64,000 bases of DNA from Styela clava. Lineage: Eukaryota. The position numbers were made by a program, and so were the translations under genes. The stretch lies in contig NC_135258.1 of the NCBI RefSeq assembly GCF_964204865.1, forward strand, positions 13,330,001-13,394,000, written 5' to 3'. Below, piece by piece: positions 14,001 to 29,000 of the stretch. The number at the start of each line of letters is the position of its first letter. Positions within the stretch are counted from its first letter, which is position 1. The notes below the pieces were generated by a model, which saw nothing but the letters and a program-made list of their open reading frames with translations, ran no database searches and was not told where the DNA came from.

Positions 14001-17000
14001 AAGGCTCTGTACAAACAATAAGGCTGTAATATTGCTTAAATAACACCCTGGGTAAGGTGGTGGGCACAGGGTTTGAATGAGATATATCAGGAACATAGTG
14101 AGGTCCAGTGCTTATATTCACTAGACAGGCCATCGCATCTTCTTTGAGTCAAATAATCCAACATAACTACCTTAAGTCTTAAATCTAATACAGTGCCTTC
14201 AGACACAAATTAAAAGTAAAGAGTCTTTTTCACTTTACTCACAAACCCTTTTCCTGAAAAGAATACAATACTATGCTTTCATCAGGCTACTAGAACGATT
14301 AATGGAATGGACATAGAATATTAACTACCTAATCATCTATTCCTAAAATCCTTTTCTTTTTCAATATTGGTGGACAATACTAAGAACATTTTATCTACAC
14401 AAACACAATAAAAAAAGAATAAAATATTTCCCAAAATAGAGTATAATCTAAATCCAAATAATCACATTTTCAAAAATTTATTTTGTAAAGATATTCCTGG
14501 TTTATTCCACTTCACAACTCAATGCAGTGAATGGCAGAAGTCCAAGATAACACTTGACAAAGTTACAGGTTAATAAATAATACTTCATAAAATAATATAA
14601 GTCTTTGTACTCGACATAACATAGAAGTACATTGGCAAACAGAGAATAAATCAATATATACCGTAACTAAACACTTCATGACAACCATGTAAAATATGAT
14701 ATACTTTGCCAGTATATTTGAGTACAGTACATTAGTAAATATAAGTTATGATATGGAACCAATATTCATGGTTTGGTTTATGGCTTTGTTAATAAATATG
14801 TGTTTCGTAAATTTTTGAAGATTTATCAAATTTTTTCTGGGGAATTTGAAATTAGACATTACTATGTTAGTTGGGATATCAAAATATACATTTTTGGCTA
14901 ATACAGTTAGGTCTATTGCTTTAACCACTAACGCGCTCTAAACATACAGAAGTAGCACAATGAATATAATAATCTGGTGATTTCTTAACTATAATTCCCT
15001 TCCAAGCAACGTTTAGGATTATTGTATTAACAAATAGATCATGATAGAATGAAAGAATTTATCAGCAGAACACTATATTTATCTGTCAAAAGTTATTACA
15101 TCTGTCCATGAAATAATACAACAATATAGAATTTCTAAAAAATTAATTATTTCCAAATAGGCTGCAAGTTTTCTTTTCTAATAATTCCTGTCGAACCCAT
15201 TTAATATCAAATATATCTAATTGCTTATCATGTTTTTTGCAAATTCTCTTGTATTAAAAGAACCTGTTCACTGCATTTATTCAATTTTATGACTGTAATC
15301 TTCTATACCAATATAGGCTCCTAACGAAAGCAGCATAGGCAGCACTTCAATAGCAAATGTCATTCATTTCGAAGTAAATATTGATATTGAGAATAATTCC
15401 AGACTTATTTATTACAACAATACATATCTTAAAACATTTTAATCCATCTATAAAAAAATTTCAAATATTTTTCTAATACCAAATTTCAATCATACCACAT
15501 TGTATACTGTATACAACTAACCAGAAAGAAACATTGGCAAATAATCAAGGGCTGTTTATTTAAACTTGCACTTCAACTTGAAACTATGAAATCAATAATT
15601 CCTAATTACCATCATCCATGGATGGTCGGGTGCTTCTTCTAATACAACAATGTCATCTTCAATAAAAAGACATTCTTCATTTGAATTACTGAAAACACTC
15701 TCAGGTGGAGTTGGCCCAGGCGATATTCCAAATTCAGGAAATATAACATCTGGGTAGTAAAAGTAAATTTGTGAATTTGGAAACATTTTATATAGTAATC
15801 TTCAAATATACTAATGAAAGCCTTTTTTGTCATTCTCTCAGAAATAGGACTGTATCAATACCGTAGTTTGGTTTTTTAAACTTTTTGCCAGCACTTCATT
15901 TTGATCTAATTGTGTTACTAAAATGATAAAAATAATGACTTTTCTAGAAAAGGTTAAATATAAAAAACTCTCATCGTCATCGACACTATTTAGTCATTCC
16001 ACAGTTTATAGAAAAAACTGGATAACCCCATGAAATGATTACTTTACCTGATGTTTTTGTAACTTTATCGTGATCAGGAGAATTTCGTGGAAATAATGTG
16101 TCAATGATACCAAATGATTCCATAGATGTTGCAGGAGATAAATATGTATCTGTCATTGCACACAATGTATGTTCTGAACCTTCAGAATCATCACTCTGAA
16201 TGCCATTTTAGAAAAAACATTGTCAAATATAATTGCGTGAAAAGTAAGTTATTATAATTTCTATCCTACATCTAGTATGTGATTATACATACCGGACATA
16301 CATAGTAAAATCTAAACAATTTTTGTAATTTTTTAATCAAACAGGCAAAACTGGCTGAAAATCTTCATTCAATCATAAAATAGGGGTGTCGACAATATGA
16401 AATAATCATACTGAAAACAATTGTCACCAGTCAGGTTATCTATAAAATTTTATACTATGTCTACAATCAATGATAGTAAGTGTATTTCATAAACTAAGTT
16501 ATCGGAGTTATTCCTATAGCCTATATAAAAAAAAAAATAGACATCATGGAACAATAAATAATTGTTGAACTAGAGATTATAAATTCAATCACACTTCAGT
16601 GCAGTGCACGCTTTAGGGTCGTGGTTGGAATGTCACAGAGTCCCAGTAGTTGAAATGAAGCCTCATTTAAACTATGAAGCATCATTTACCCCAGCTTTAT
16701 CCTCTTCTTGCATTTTTTTTAAGTCAATGTTATCATTTCCTTCAGTAGCAATAAATCCATAAGGTACAAGATATTTATACATTGTTATTGTACTTGGTTT
16801 TGATTTTGTCTTTAAATTGTTCTCATATCTTATAGAAGGATCTTCATAAATATCAGATTCTAAAAATAGTATTAAAAATTACACAATCAAATCTAAAATA
16901 ATCAAGGGCATCCACAATTTTGATAGTGAAATGAATCACAAAGATAATGTCAGCACAGAAACTATTATTCTAAAACATAGGATAGTACATCTTGAAATAA

Positions 17001-20000
17001 GTATTTCGAAAGATAACTAGAAATAACCTATCATACCCTTAAGCATGTACGCATAAAAATACTATTTATTTTAATGTATTGCAAACTTAAACTAGTTTCA
17101 TGTAGCTTAATCAATACAAGGTATCCTATTGCACATTCGAGCTATACATCAATAACTAGCAAGAAAGTTTACTCCACAAACTAGTTTCAGATATGTCCTT
17201 TAATGAATACAAGACAGGCCAAAACCTGAGTGTATTGGGTTGGGTGTAGCAATGTAAGCATAAAAGATTGGTAAAAAACAATACAGTGGATAGGGGTTAT
17301 GTTGAAAACAATTTAAAAAATGATGAATATAAGTAACAAATGCTAAATATGTGTGTTGGAAGTAAAATCAAGAAAAGAGTTTTAATGCGCCATATACCCA
17401 GGGTACTAGTGGGCTTAGCACTTTCATCAATGAATGATGCTCAATAACCCTCCATGTTCTTCATCAGTGTCACATAGGTTGGTGTAAAGTAACGCGTAAT
17501 TTGTAACCACTGTATGAATATACTGGGCAGTGGAATAAAGTTTGTTTCATTTAATTTTATATTGAGGGACTCGAATCCAACTCCTAACCCATTGAGTTAT
17601 TGCAGTTTAATTTTTTATTAGAAAACAGTCATGTTACTGCAACAATCCATGCTTTTATATGACAATATCTTATTAGCCATCTTTACAAATTATCCAATAA
17701 GCATGGCAAAGTGTAAAATATTTCTATATTACAGAAATGTTTCTTCATAGAAAGAGTATTTATTACCTTTTTCTACATTGTCTGATAATTCGCCACTTTC
17801 TTCATCCAATGATAATGTCTTGTGATCAATAAGAAATAGGTGACGTTTCCAACCAATAATAAGATCACCATGATCATTTAGAAAATCACAACATGTCAAA
17901 TCTTCACCAAGTTTTATATCAGTGAGCAATGTTTTATTCGAATCCCAGATTTTAATGAAACCATCAGCACTGAAAACAATAGCAATATTCTTACAATATC
18001 TAGATATGTTGAAATGAACATATAAGATTGATGAGCACAATTAATAATTTTGGAAGGTTTTTGATCCAGGGAATTTTTATCTATACTTTTTTGTACTATG
18101 CTTTTTTTGCATAATCACTGAGAATATACCAGGGTTTTTCTAGCTGGCTGCTTGGCCCTCCAAAGGTCTGTAGAGCGAGGGCCACAAGGTTTCACTGAGT
18201 ATCATTTGTGATAAAATTGAATTTCGTCGTTTAAAATTAGAGTGACTGTGATTGAATAATTCTGGCACTGTAATAAATTTGTTTTATTACTTTCATTTGT
18301 TGGCTTTTAATTAATAAATGTGGCAAATAAAATCAAATTAGCCTTTTTGTTGATGAGCAGGGGGCCATGGAGTGTTGAAAGTCTTTGAAAGGGGGGGGGC
18401 GGCAAAGAACATGACAGTGTGAATTGTGATACCGAAAGGTATATGCAATAAACTCAATAAATTATTATATTAGTATATTATTATGTCTTCATATAGTCAT
18501 ATAATGAAATTCTAATATTATATACAAAATTTTACAGCCAAACAATAACCTCTTTATAAAATTGGACATTGCAACATCATAATTTTTATACAGCAGATTA
18601 TTATAGAATTTTTTCGATTGAAATGATTTACAATAAACTCAAGCTCTTTAATTTATAGCTAAAGCATTATTTAACGATTAGAAATATGTATAATTATTTG
18701 GCAATTTAGAATATTTAGAAGTGTCCTGGAATAAAAGTATCAGCAATTCTGCTAAAAAGACAACTGAATACGCCAAATACTCAATTTAATATTGGCAAAT
18801 CAAATTATTTTGCATGAACAGGGCCATTGAAGCATTCCGAACGTGGCTGAAATTTATAATCAGAAATTTCATTTCTACATCATTGTGAACATTTGATTAA
18901 CAGACAACTTTAATCTCATTGATTTGCAGTGGCAACACAAAAAGCAAATTTTTGAAGGAACCATAAAAAAGAAATCATCATGAAATTTTATTAAAAACTC
19001 CCATTAACATACGTGAAAATCTATGAAGAAAGAATAAAGACTTTTTGTAAAAAACAACATATTCAGTGAATATAATCACAAAACAGCAGTGATATGATTC
19101 AAGTGAAAATAGGGCATGCATGCAATATTTTATCAGTGTATGAATTATAAAATGTGTGATCAATGAATATAGGTGAAAATCAAGCATGCAGATATGAATG
19201 ATGACGGTGATAATATAATACCTTGGCAATCAAGAAGACCTAAAATAAAGATATTCGTTAAATGGTTTCCACAACAAATGCTTATTCATTTGTGTGCAGG
19301 AAAAACTTTAAAACATTGTTAATGCTAGTATACTATACCTAGCTTGAATCCTATCAGGTATATATAAAATTCCTAATGAGTTGATTATTTTGAAGGTAAT
19401 TTTAATGACTAATATTCATTCATGTTAGGCATATTATAGAATCATTTCAGAAAATACTATAACATGATCTAAAGGGGAAACTTGACAAGAAATTTATAAC
19501 CTCATGAGACTAATGTTTGAACATGTATTTTATTTCACCAGTTATACATAATATCCAAAATTAAAGATTTTTGGTCTGATTTACTGAGCAAAGCTCGGAA
19601 TATAACAAAAAGAAAACAGAACATTCTTATGAAATTTATATTAATTGGGTACTTCACAATTATATTAGGACGAGTTGGAGCTGATCGTGGAAGTGATACA
19701 ATCAACAATAAAGAAAATACATACATTAATTGGCGCTTTCGTATGTGCAACAAGATGGCGGACATCTATACATAGTATGTGTACCAGGTTAGGGTTAGGC
19801 ATAATTTTATTCCAATTTTCCTTATTTTAGTTCTATTACGAGTTCGGGGACTAGTCAAGTGACTACTGTGGTATTTGTACCTGAAATTATGGCTTAACTC
19901 TAACCTGATACACATACTACGTTCCAGTGTTCTTCATCTTGTTGCACATACTACGGGAGTACCCAAAAATTTATTCAAGTGCACTTATTCAAAATTCAAA

Positions 20001-23000
20001 TTCTTTATACCTCGTCACAATGATCAACTCTTAAAATTTGGCATGTATCTTGACTTTTTACATTAAGAGTAATAAAGATACAACTGAATTTTGAAAATGG
20101 ATATCCTATTTACACAATTTAGTTTTCTCTATAAAATCAAAGTTAAATTTACAAGACATAGCTTTACCTGCAGGTGCAGAAAACATTTTGTTTTTTACAA
20201 GCTTTTACATCAGTAATTTTATCTTTATGTTCAGAATGATTTTTGTCATGTTCTATCGATGAATCTGCATTCTCATCGGTTGGGGCAATCGAGAAAAGTA
20301 TGACCTGTCCATTTGAATGACCAGTGATCACAGTGTTGTCCAGTATAGTATAACATGTTGTGGTTATAGGAGCTGAAATTTTGTAAAGCAATTCCAGTTC
20401 TGGTAGTTTCCATATCTGAATAAAAATATGGCAATTTTCGATGAATATAATGAAAGCAATCCAACAATTTTCAAGATATTGAGGAAATAGTAAAACAAAC
20501 AAAGCCAAGGGATTGTCAAGTATTGCTAACCAATTTGACCAAATTGAATAGAAAAGTTGTTTTTACCCAAACTATGACTAAACAAAAGATAATTATAAAT
20601 GCTCATGTTGTATTAAGTATTATCTCGCTTTAAATGGATAACAATATATCCAAGAATTTGCTTGCGTCGTGAAATGTTTTTGTCCCTTCATTTACAATGT
20701 ATATATGACTGATAACAGTGAAATGACTTATAAAGCTCTACGATAGGTGTACCGTTCAAGCGGTAGGAATACGCTTTTCATCGCACCGCTGATTACCATA
20801 CATGGGTTCGTAGGTTCGAATACTGTGGAGGATAACTACGTGCAACAGGGTTTCTGGACTCCTCGCCATCACCACTGTAGAGTGTTTCTTTCAAGCTGAG
20901 CAATTATGGCTTTTTCCATCATAAGATCCATGCATCTAAAACAAATAACTGGGTAACTGATTCCATGCCTGACATGAACTGGTAACCGGACATGAGGTTG
21001 TGGTGGACCATATGATTAAGTCGTCTTATCACCGTTTCTCTTTCTCGGTATAAATAAGGAAGTCCTATCCTAAATGCCAAAGGCTATTTTATAAGTGAAC
21101 TCACGTAAAACATAACATTTAAATTGTTGTTAGTTTGAGTTATCAGCCAACTTTTTTCGTTTTCATATTTCATAGATTTAATTGCATCTTTAGAAACTTG
21201 TAGTTCACAATATAGAAGACCACGTTGTTTTTGATCTAAAAAAATAACTCGACCATCTTCAAGCCCAAACAGAAGTAAATGTCTGAAAAATGATTAATTA
21301 AAAGTAATTTGTAATATTGATGATCGCAACACGAGAAATGTTCAATAAAAATTAAAAAAAAGGAATAAAGTCAAATTTAATCTGTAATTTTTTAGTTTAA
21401 ATTGACCCACAACAAGATGTGAATACAATTTTTTACAAATTATACATATGGTACATCTTTTCTGGTTTCATGATAAAAATTCTGTTTTTTTTTTACAAAA
21501 ACTTTGGCTTTGTGGAATTTCCCTCCACCTAAGTATTTCTGCCACAATATTGACTTGATTTATTCCAAGTCTCATGTCAAATAATATTTATACTTATTCT
21601 ACTATTCTAGATTTAGTTAAGGTCTTGCAACCTAGATCAAGCTAGTCAAAAATGATTGTCTTTCATAGTCAAACTATTTCACAAGTTTCACACAGAAATC
21701 ATTTTTCAAATTAGCAAGTATTAAACGTAATTGAAGAAATATACATTGGTAAAGCTTTTGTATTAAAAAGTACCACTTACCTTGATTTGGCACAACAAAG
21801 TCCAAGAGGAGAATGATATTGAAATCCATTTTCAGAATAAACCGCAAGGATACAACAGCAAGCAGATGATTTTGTTTTACCAGATAATATTTGAGTACAT
21901 CTAAAAGATAATATATTATTGGTATAGAGCGTAATTCAAGCAGTTGAAATTAAAGATGTAACTCATTTGATACAAACCAAATTGAACAATATCTATACTT
22001 GAAAATGGTCAGTATTGACAATTTCCCTATGAATATGTATAAAGTGGTATAGAGTAGTGAAGTATTATAATTGTCAGGTTATTACTCAACACCTAGAAAT
22101 CCAAGGAACAATATTCAATTAAATTGATAAGTAAATATATATAGCCTATATTAAAAGATATTTTGAGTTGTTCAGCATGTTTTAATTACTAAAATTAAAT
22201 TGAATTTTCGATTTAGGTGATAGTGTATTCAAGAATGAGTAAAATTAAATTTACTACTTTAGGGGTGAATAACCAAGTTTCATTTGGAAACACGTTTCTA
22301 TTTTTGAATCATATTTTTATGTTGAATTTTCTGCAAATTCTGAGTTGAAATTTTAAATTTTGAAACAAAACTGCTGCCTACCCGTGCATTATTTTTTTTT
22401 CTTCAAAACTACGCAAAATTTGACTAGATATAGATGTTGTTGAAGTGCTTTTAGTCGCAGGTTCAAGTTCTGTATCTGTGGAAGATTCTATGATTCTTTC
22501 TTTTAATATTACAGGAATGTTCCATGCAGAAATCCTGAAATAAATAAAAATATTTGTGAAAAGCAAATTTGAACTAACGGTATTTATAAGTTGTTTTTGT
22601 GCGATTGAAGCATATTGCAAACATTACACATGAAAGCAATCAAATAACAAGTCTATATACAGTATCAATTGGGGATATATTCCCACTAATCTAGAAATTT
22701 AATTTTATTTTATATAAAATCTTTTTCTCTGATGTGTCACAGGCATACTCAAACATAACTCATGTTTGCTGGCAACAATATCGAGCTTTTTCAAAAGAAA
22801 AACTTCAAAATATACATAAGACAAAATTTCAGCGAATTCTAATACTTGGTTTGAAATATCTGATAAAAGGTTATTTAACACGAATGATATTTGTCATATC
22901 AAACCTCACGAATTTCAAAAATATTTATAGAACTACACCAAATTAAAAATAAAAAAATATATACAATAACAATAAAAAAAAATAAGAAATTCTGATTCAC

Positions 23001-26000
23001 TTAAATATTTTGATATCAAATTCTCTATCCTCACCTACAAGCCGGATCAGTCTTTGCAGTATAAACCCAAATCGTTGTTGGATTTATCAAAATAAAGAAT
23101 AAATGATGATATCGAGAAGCAGTTACATCACGCACATTGTCAAGCAAAGATACAACAGGCGGCGGTAGAACAGTACATAAAGCAGATGTGTTTGCTGTTG
23201 ATTGACTGAACAATCGAACGCTACCTGAAAGATTTATATACATTATATATAATTCAGGCGAAGTAGATCAATGAATAGTTTTGTAAAATTGTTGGTTATA
23301 CTTGTTGGGATTTTATTGTAAAAAAATTGCTTCTCGTCAGAAGTTACCCAATTAATTTTGAATTCCCAGAACTTTAAGATGAAAGAAGTAGCTAGAAGGC
23401 TATAACTATTAGTTCATTTCCAATTTCTCTGAATCCTATTAAGTCAGATTTTCACCCCAAATTATGCTTGTGCCTGCCAACATTTTGCCACTGTCACTCT
23501 TGTCCTAAGACCTTTTCAGCAAACTCATATGCACAACCTTAGTTATTATATATTTTAGCATTGGTCACTTGTCATCCGTAATTAAAATTATTAATAAGCA
23601 TAGGCTGAAAATACCTTCATAATGGGAACTCATCTAATGCTATCTATAACTGTATTTAAGCCAGTAATCTGTACTATACACATACACTATACGCTAGCAT
23701 TTAAAAAAAAATAAGACTATGAATATTAAAATGTGAGTTTTTTCTGCATGACAACTGACATAGCCTACCAATTTATCACTTAAATGAAACTTTTATGATT
23801 TGATATGAGCCTCCTGTTGAAATCATGAGCAAAAAACATTTTGGTAATATAAACAAGACTTACATTCAAGAACACATTCAAGATTCAACTAATATATTTA
23901 AACGTTCATAAGAAGGGCTATTCCAAGTGACTCATGTTTTGTGTCATTGTCCAATCAGTTGCTTTATGGTTTTTGAACAAAATTGCACAAAAGTTACACA
24001 CAACGGTTACTTAGTGGATATATAAAATATAGTAAAATATAGCATGACACTACGGGGCGGCAAGTCCACCATCCATTAACATTTCATTGTGTTATGTTAA
24101 GAATTGTCGCGCTGGTGCAGCAGGAGCCCATACTATTTTCGGGTGCAGTAGCTGAAGGACCTCTCTATGTGTTGCTCAAGTTTCTTAATGTAACACTGTA
24201 GAGTCATGCCAATAATGTGCATATTGTGTGTGACACTACATTACATGACACTACGGGACATTTTTCCACTTTGGACTATCATCTCTTAAAATTCTAGCAA
24301 TAAATCGGCGAATCGCTGAAGATAATATGTCCTACAGCACTGTAAAAAGCTTTATTAACTCAAGTCCAGTGAATCTATTTAAAATGAAATAACTGTACCA
24401 GACAATCAAACACTTCGTGTTATACGAGTCATCACGAAACATGTCAATTATATCAAAATTTCAAGCCACTTTGTGTAAATCATCAAAAACCTGGGTGGAA
24501 TTTTAACTTTTTCGGTGAAATGCATGCAGCTCAATGAAATTCAAGTGTCTTTCGACATATAAAATACGAAACAATTACTTTCACTATATTTAAAAAAAAA
24601 TTGATGAAATTCAACAGTTGGGAATGGCCCAGAACATGACACATGAATAAGAATAATACGCAGACAATAGAGATACTTGCCATCTTCACCAACAGCCATA
24701 AGCCTCTTTGTTTTACCAGAATGGTTGAGAATTTTCAGATCAGTTATACAACACCTTGTATGTCCCCAGAATGAAACAACAGCATCAAACTTGTACACAG
24801 ATATCTGAAATAATTTGATAGGTGAATAGATGACCGAAATTTTAAAAATAAAACATAGTTGTTGGAATCAGCTGAAGATTGGTAAACAGATTGAAGATAG
24901 GTTAAAGCTTGTGGGATCAAGCCCCATATCCGCTATCTCACTCAAGGTGTAATGAATTGAGAAGTTTATACAGGAAGTCAAAAAGTAGGGGTGGTCTTTT
25001 CAAAGCACAGTAGCCACTTAAAAAACATGTATTAATGACTTCTTTATTAGAACATTTCTCCAGAAGAAGGCATGAAAAATCAATGAGTTGATATGGTTTC
25101 ATCCCAGAATGCCAGTTTGTGGGACAGTCCCTACTCCTCTTTTGTAAAACGAGTACTCCCGTAGTGTGTGTACCAGGTTTGGGTTAGGTCATAATTTTAT
25201 TCTGATTTTCCTTATTTTAGTTCTATTACGAGTTCGAGGACTGTCTGCGTTAGTCAAGTGAATATAGTCAGTCCCTTTACACAACTTGATGTAAAGTAGG
25301 CGAACAAAATTAGTTGCCTCCATTGTGGTACACACATTTCTGGAGCGTTAAGTAAGCAGTTTACATTTTTACAGGAAATATATATGACTCATTACAAGAT
25401 ACCTTTTTCAAATTGGCACACCATATCATTCCATCATCAGTTAAATTCATCCATCTTATTCCCTCAGAAAATACACTCAAACTTGAGAATAAATCCATGG
25501 TATGAAGAGACCACACTTTTATTGTCCCATCCATAGAACTTGAAAATACCAGGCCTGGTATATCAGGGTGAATGAGAATGCTGGACAAGCGACCAAAAAG
25601 AAAATTCCAAACAAACATGGTGAAATATTAAATGAAGATATAATCTGCATACAAGCAACTTTAAACCATCATATTAACCATTGAGTATACTGAAAAATGG
25701 GGGTAATACTTGATTTTGAACATGATAACATTGAGAGAAATATTTCCACATAAAGTAAAATTATTTTACTAATACAAATTCAAAGTTGTCAGGCTTCACT
25801 ACATTGTTACATTGTTCAGCAAAAACCATTATAATGATTATGAGTCATGATTCAGGGGTCTTTCAACATATTAAGATGAATATAAATCCTCATAAAAATC
25901 CTCATACAGAGTCTTGTTTAGAGTGGAGGTGCAAAAATAATAGAATAATCATATTTACTCTTGCTAGTATCATTGCATTATATGCACAGGATAGGATTTT

Positions 26001-29000
26001 CCTATTTATTTTGTGAGAGAGGAAAGTAGGAAGATATTTTAACAGTTTAATCATATACCGTAGTTAACCATGGCCCAGTCATTCAATGTCAGATATTAAA
26101 GAACTAGTTGCTGGTTACTTGGGTCATATGCCTTTACCAGATGAATAGACGGTTCATACTATCATACCATTTATTAGCAGACATCAAATAAAATTCCATA
26201 CCTAGTAACAGGTCTAGAATGACCTCTCAATGTACAAACATGTCCTCCAGATGCTCCCCATACTTTGACTTCACAATCAACACTTCCAGTTAATAATGTT
26301 CGATGAGTTGATGAAAATCCAATACATGTTAGTGCAGCACTGTGAGCCCTGAGCAGAATAATATTAAATGCAATTAGATAACCGATCATTACATATAATA
26401 TAATAATTCCAACTTACCCATGAATAACAAAGAGTTTTCTCATATCTCTAGCATCATACGCATATAAATCCATATCAGAACAATAGAATAGATATTGAGA
26501 AGAAGATATCAATTCTACTTTGGTGCACCATGTTCCTCCAATGTTGGGATATCTTGCATGTAACTGAAGTCTGAAAAAAAAAGAATAAACAATACACATG
26601 TGAACACACGCTCAGTCTTGGTTTGCACACATGCATAACCAGGTAGGTATAAACTATCTAAGATACAAAAAAAAAACTTGAAATTTTATCCAATGTGACT
26701 GTACAAAAGCGTTGATGAGTGTTTGTTCAAAGTATTCTTATTTTCCCGATATTGCCTTAAACAAGGCTCCAGACCACCATGTGATCAGTGACATTAGTAC
26801 AATGCGCCACACCACCAAGCCCTAATTTCAATCAATATCTTATTTTTACCTATAGATACCAATAGATACGTCTGGCATGACTATCGAAATCGCAGGACAT
26901 GCTCTAACAAGTTATACATTTGATCCAAAAGCTTCATTTCAATTTAGTTCACTTTGAAAAAGTTATTATTCCTTTTAGTTATATTCAAATCTAATTACAT
27001 ATTCCTTTTTTTTTTAATGAAATTTTAATAACACCAAGTTGATACTTACTCATAGTTAGCCATTGGTTTAATAGTGTCAAATAAATTTCTTTGTGTTTGT
27101 TTATATTTCCACACAACAGTTCCAGCAACTCCAGATGAAATTAATTCATCAGTAACTGGATTAAATACCAGATGTAAAATTGATCTCATGCTTTTGTTTT
27201 CTGTCTTGAATGTTTCATGAAAATCTTTGTTATAGACCTGGTTATATCAACGGAAATAAAAATCAAAGCATTGAAAAGGAAGAATTCAATGATGTATGAG
27301 TCTACACATATTGCGATTCTGCTTAGTTAACCAAATACACAAGACAGAAAGCAGCTCGTTAATGTACTAGACCAGATATTACCAAACTTGTTAAATTCAT
27401 GGCGCATTTATTGTACTTTCTATCATACAAATCATGATGCATCAGAAAGAAAATTTGCTATACAGTATCAACATTGAATAATGACAAGCAAAATTTCATA
27501 AAAAGGCAACAGCGTTGTGACAAAAGCGCTTCTTATTTCCTATTGTTCTCTACCACTGAAAAATCAGATTTTACATCGGGCGGGTATTCAAGCACCGGCC
27601 CTTATTTATTTTTAGGTTCTGTTCACACAGGCGGCTATTCAAACGGGCCCTAATCAAGATCGGGCGGTAAAACGAGCATATACGGTATATTATGCAAAGT
27701 TCTGGATATATGGAAATAAAAAGTACCGGTAATTTTATAAACAGGTTTATGCTCTGCGATGCATATAGAACTTCAAGACTAGTGCTTGTCGCGGCGCACA
27801 GTTCTGGGAACCACTTTTCTGAACTATACATAAATATAAGTGACTAAAACACAAGTTGACATTGTAATCGTCAGAAACAGTTATCTTCACATCACCTTCA
27901 AAGTAAAATCGCTGCATATCGCAAAGAACACATTATGTTTCTTGCAGAAGATGACAGAACGTAGAAGCTTGGTTTTGTATTTAGGAAAATGTAATTCTCT
28001 TGTTATCTTATCTGTATTTTCTGCACTTGGATCCCATGAAACGATTCCTCTTGAATCAAGAAGAAAAAATCTGCGGAATACGTAAAATTAACCTGCTTAA
28101 TAACTCTCATAACTAGACGGGCTTGGATCTCAAACAGACAGTAGATCATTTGTTTGCACATATTCAAGTGAGTTCCGAAAATTTCTGGGCAGAGTTCCAC
28201 TCACAAAAAAGGGAAAAATTAGTCAGCATACACAGACACAAAAGCGCACTGGCTGGAACAGTCCATGAGAGTTGAACGTTATATGAATAGCCTATGTCTG
28301 AAACTGGAAGTTCTACATATATATATGTTTTTCAAGCTTCATTAAAATATCTATATCCCACAAACATTGGCCCCAAACTTTTCCAATATTTGTAATGTAA
28401 CTGTCAAAAACACGGTAGCCTCGTACCGCAAATTACTTCTGCAATGGTTCACAAGTTCAAATCCAATGGGGACAATGATGTGCAAGAGGATTACTGTACT
28501 CCTCTCCGCCACAGGGCGTTTCTTATATAAGAGGTGGTTCCAGTGGTGAAATTCCAATTTTTTGTCAGCCGGTTCAATCACAAAAGTCATATTTGTTACA
28601 GACAGAACATCGACAGTAACCAGTAATGCAAACTGTTCCGCTGATCTTATGAAAATTTGTGAGACAGTTCTATAGAACCGGTGCAAACCAGCTGAATCCC
28701 ACCACTGTTTCTCCCACATTCAAGTAACTTTCTCAAAACCACACTTTGACTGTAAGTATTGTTTGCAATATGTTCAAGTTGCATTATGCTTTACCTCTAT
28801 CCTCAAAGAAAAAAAAATGATACTATCCTATTCTTAACAGCTCATATGAATATAATAATGCTATAATTCTTGTGCCAACCTGTGAACTCTTCCATTATAT
28901 AAAATGTCCATAATATCTGTTGTTTTAGGTGGCTGCTCGTATCTGGCAAGTTTTTGAAATCCAAACATGATATTCTGATAAGATCTGTCAGTGCTTTCTG

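Noticed and set aside
15862-15917. Possible 56-nt extra exon in the WD40 gene
   Set aside because: It would change phase relative to the 15749 exon. The flanking exons join in frame without it.
20742-20830. tRNA genes here or at 41800-41921
   Set aside because: Only A/B-box-like motifs are present, no cloverleaf could be built, and the bodies are dispersed repeats. Treated as SINEs.
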